Of a DNA stretch of 64,000 nt, positions 62,197 through 64,000 are shown piece by piece. The stretch comes from Leptolyngbyaceae cyanobacterium (GTDB lineage: Bacteria > Cyanobacteriota > Cyanobacteriia > Phormidesmidales > Phormidesmidaceae), in NCBI GenBank assembly GCA_050331235.1, contig JBHJHA010000053.1:5529-69528 (forward strand), in the 5' to 3' direction. Under the pieces are notes generated by a model that saw only the letters and a program-made list of their open reading frames with translations, was not told the DNA's origin and did no database searches. The position numbers and the translations under genes are program-made. The stretch's first letter is position 1. Each line of letters begins with the position of its first letter.

Positions 62197-64000
62197 CTAT
62201 TGACAGTTATCGTTACCGCGATAGGGCCAAGTCCAGTTCACTAGCTCATCGGCATCTTTACCGTGCTCAAAGGCATGGTTGAGGCACGCGATGATCTTGT
62301 TTTTCATCCGTTCTTTGACATGGGCCGCAGCCGAGCCGAGCTTGGGCACCCGGTCAATCACATCAATGACCAAGTTAAAGCGATCAATCTGGTTGCGAAT
62401 TGCTAGCTCTAGCGGCGTGTTGATGTTGCCCTGCTCTTTATAGCCGCGGACATGGATGCGCTCTTGTCCCTGACGGCGGTAGGTAAGTTTATGCACCAAC
62501 CAGGGATAGCCGTGGAAATTAAAGATAATTGGCTTATCCGTAGTGAACAAAGAGTTGAAGTCGCGATCGCTGAGACCATGGGGGTGCTCACTTTCAGGCA
62601 ACAACGTAAACAGGTCAACAACGTTGATAAAGCGCACCTTGAGGTAAGGAAACTCCTCGCGCAGGATGGCTGTGGCAGCCAGAGACTCCATGGTCGGAAT
62701 ATCGCCGCAACAGGCCATCACCACATCGGGAATATCGGGCTCAGTCCCGCAATCGTCATTACTCGCCCAGTCCCAAATGCCGATGCCCTTAGTACAGTGG
62801 CGAATTGCCTCATCCATCGATAGGTATTGCAGGTGGTTTTGCTTGTCCGAGACGATGACGTTGATGTAGTCAACACTGCGGAAACAGTGGTCAGCCACGG
62901 AGAGCAGGCAGTTAGCATCCGGCGGAAAGTAGACCCGCACCACGCCCGGACTCTTGTTAGTCACCAGGTCGACATAGCCCGGATCTTGGTGACTAAAGCC
63001 GTTATGGTCTTGCCGCCATACTAGGGAGGACAGCAGGATATTTAACGAGGAAACGGAGCGTCGCCAGGGGACATGGTTTTTGCAAATATCGAGCCACTTG
63101 GCATGCTGGTTGAACATGGAATCCACTACATGGGCAAAGGCCTCATAGGTGTGGAACAAACCATGACGACCCGTGAGCAAGTAGCCCTCTAGCCAGCCTT
63201 GTAAAGTATGCTCAGAGAGCATTTCCATCACTCGACCATCACGGGATAGCTCACTGCCATCAAGGTCTTCGGGATAGAAGTCGGCCATCCAAACTTTCTT
63301 GGTGACTTCGTACACTGCGCTCAGGCGGTTAGAGGCAGTTTCATCGGGACCCATCAGCCGGAAATTATCGGGATTATTGCGCATAATGTCGCGCAGAAAG
63401 AATCCTAGAACCTTAGTATTCTCAAACCCGACAGTGCCATGCTCGTGGATATCGATCGCATATTGCCGGAAGTCAGGCAGCCGTAAATCCCGGCGCAGCA
63501 GTCCACCATTTGCTTGGGGATTGGCACTCATGCGGCGATCGCCGGTAGGCGCTAACTCTTGCAGCTCTGGTCGGAGGGTTCCATGCTCATCAAAGAATTC
63601 CTCCGGACGATAGCTTTTCATCCAGGCTTCAAGGCTTTGTAAATGCTCAGGATTGCTGTGCATGCCACCCATGGGCACCTGATGCGCCCGCCAAAAGCCT
63701 TCGACCTTATGACCATCGACTTCCTGGGGGCCTGTCCAGCCCTTGGGCGTGCGGAGAACAATCATCGGCCAGCGGGGACGCTCGGGCTGACCGCTGTTGC
63801 GGCACTCCTGCTGGATAGCGCGAATATCATTGATACACAGCTCCATGGTCGCTGCCATGGCCTGGTGCATTTCGCTGGGATCACTACCCTCTACAAAATA
63901 GGGGGTGTAACCATATCCCCGGAACAGCGCTTCTAGCTCCTCATGGGAAATCCGCGCCAAGATAGTTGGGTTAGCAATCTTGTAACCATTAAGGTTGAGG
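62197..64000 (-). CDS. xfp: Xylulose-5-P/fructose-6-P phosphoketolase (3' ~600 codons; N-terminus beyond the right edge)
   Basis: The frame stays open to position 64000 (...[31 protein letters not shown]...). [49 protein letters not shown]. The track ORF starts at an internal Met. Confidence 0.9.
   Translation of the reverse strand, partial: LNLNGYKIANPTILARISHEELEALFRGYGYTPYFVEGSDPSEMHQAMAATMELCINDIRAIQQECRNSGQPERPRWPMIVLRTPKGWTGPQEVDGHKVEGFWRAHQVPMGGMHSNPEHLQSLEAWMKSYRPEEFFDEHGTLRPELQELAPTGDRRMSANPQANGGLLRRDLRLPDFRQYAIDIHEHGTVGFENTKVLGFFLRDIMRNNPDNFRLMGPDETASNRLSAVYEVTKKVWMADFYPEDLDGSELSRDGRVMEMLSEHTLQGWLEGYLLTGRHGLFHTYEAFAHVVDSMFNQHAKWLDICKNHVPWRRSVSSLNILLSSLVWRQDHNGFSHQDPGYVDLVTNKSPGVVRVYFPPDANCLLSVADHCFRSVDYINVIVSDKQNHLQYLSMDEAIRHCTKGIGIWDWASNDDCGTEPDIPDVVMACCGDIPTMESLAATAILREEFPYLKVRFINVVDLFTLLPESEHPHGLSDRDFNSLFTTDKPIIFNFHGYPWLVHKLTYRRQGQERIHVRGYKEQGNINTPLELAIRNQIDRFNLVIDVIDRVPKLGSAAAHVKERMKNKIIACLNHAFEHGKDADELVNWTWPYRGNDNCQ

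Overview
This 64-kb window reads as a cyanobacterial chromosomal core region. The evidence is the very frequent HIP1 palindrome GCGATCGC, ycf35, a group-2 sigma-70 factor, a CikA-like kinase, a ValRS with a membrane-domain insertion, and a four-ACT aspartate kinase. I support about 50 protein genes, one tRNA-Lys(UUU) and a few intrinsic terminators. Most genes are housekeeping: proS, valS, ligA, ftsY, nusB, lysC, fba, dxs, tatC, pepA, cobN, queF, murein hydrolases. I saw no rRNA, CRISPR array, transposase, integrase or phage gene. All product calls come from motif and architecture recognition by eye; no search was run. Several track ORFs begin at upstream TTG/GTG codons, and I re-anchored those to in-frame ATGs with better N-terminal context. 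No clear novel multi-gene system such as a defence island is visible. The points most worth a second look are:
- a small DUF2997-like ORF, missing from the track, with an in-frame amber codon, heading a DUF2997-ycf35-ferredoxin operon
- an RluA pseudouridine synthase with a 325-aa cysteine-motif and coiled-coil N-terminal extension, 5 nt downstream of queF
- a same-strand xfp-eno-pgi-orf98-glgP carbon-catabolism cluster
- an orphan secreted-protein gene flanked by large non-coding stretches
- an unexplained ~500-nt convergent spacer after dxs
- three statistically unlikely repeat or inverted-repeat elements in leader regions (cobN/kinase, lysC, CDF transporter)
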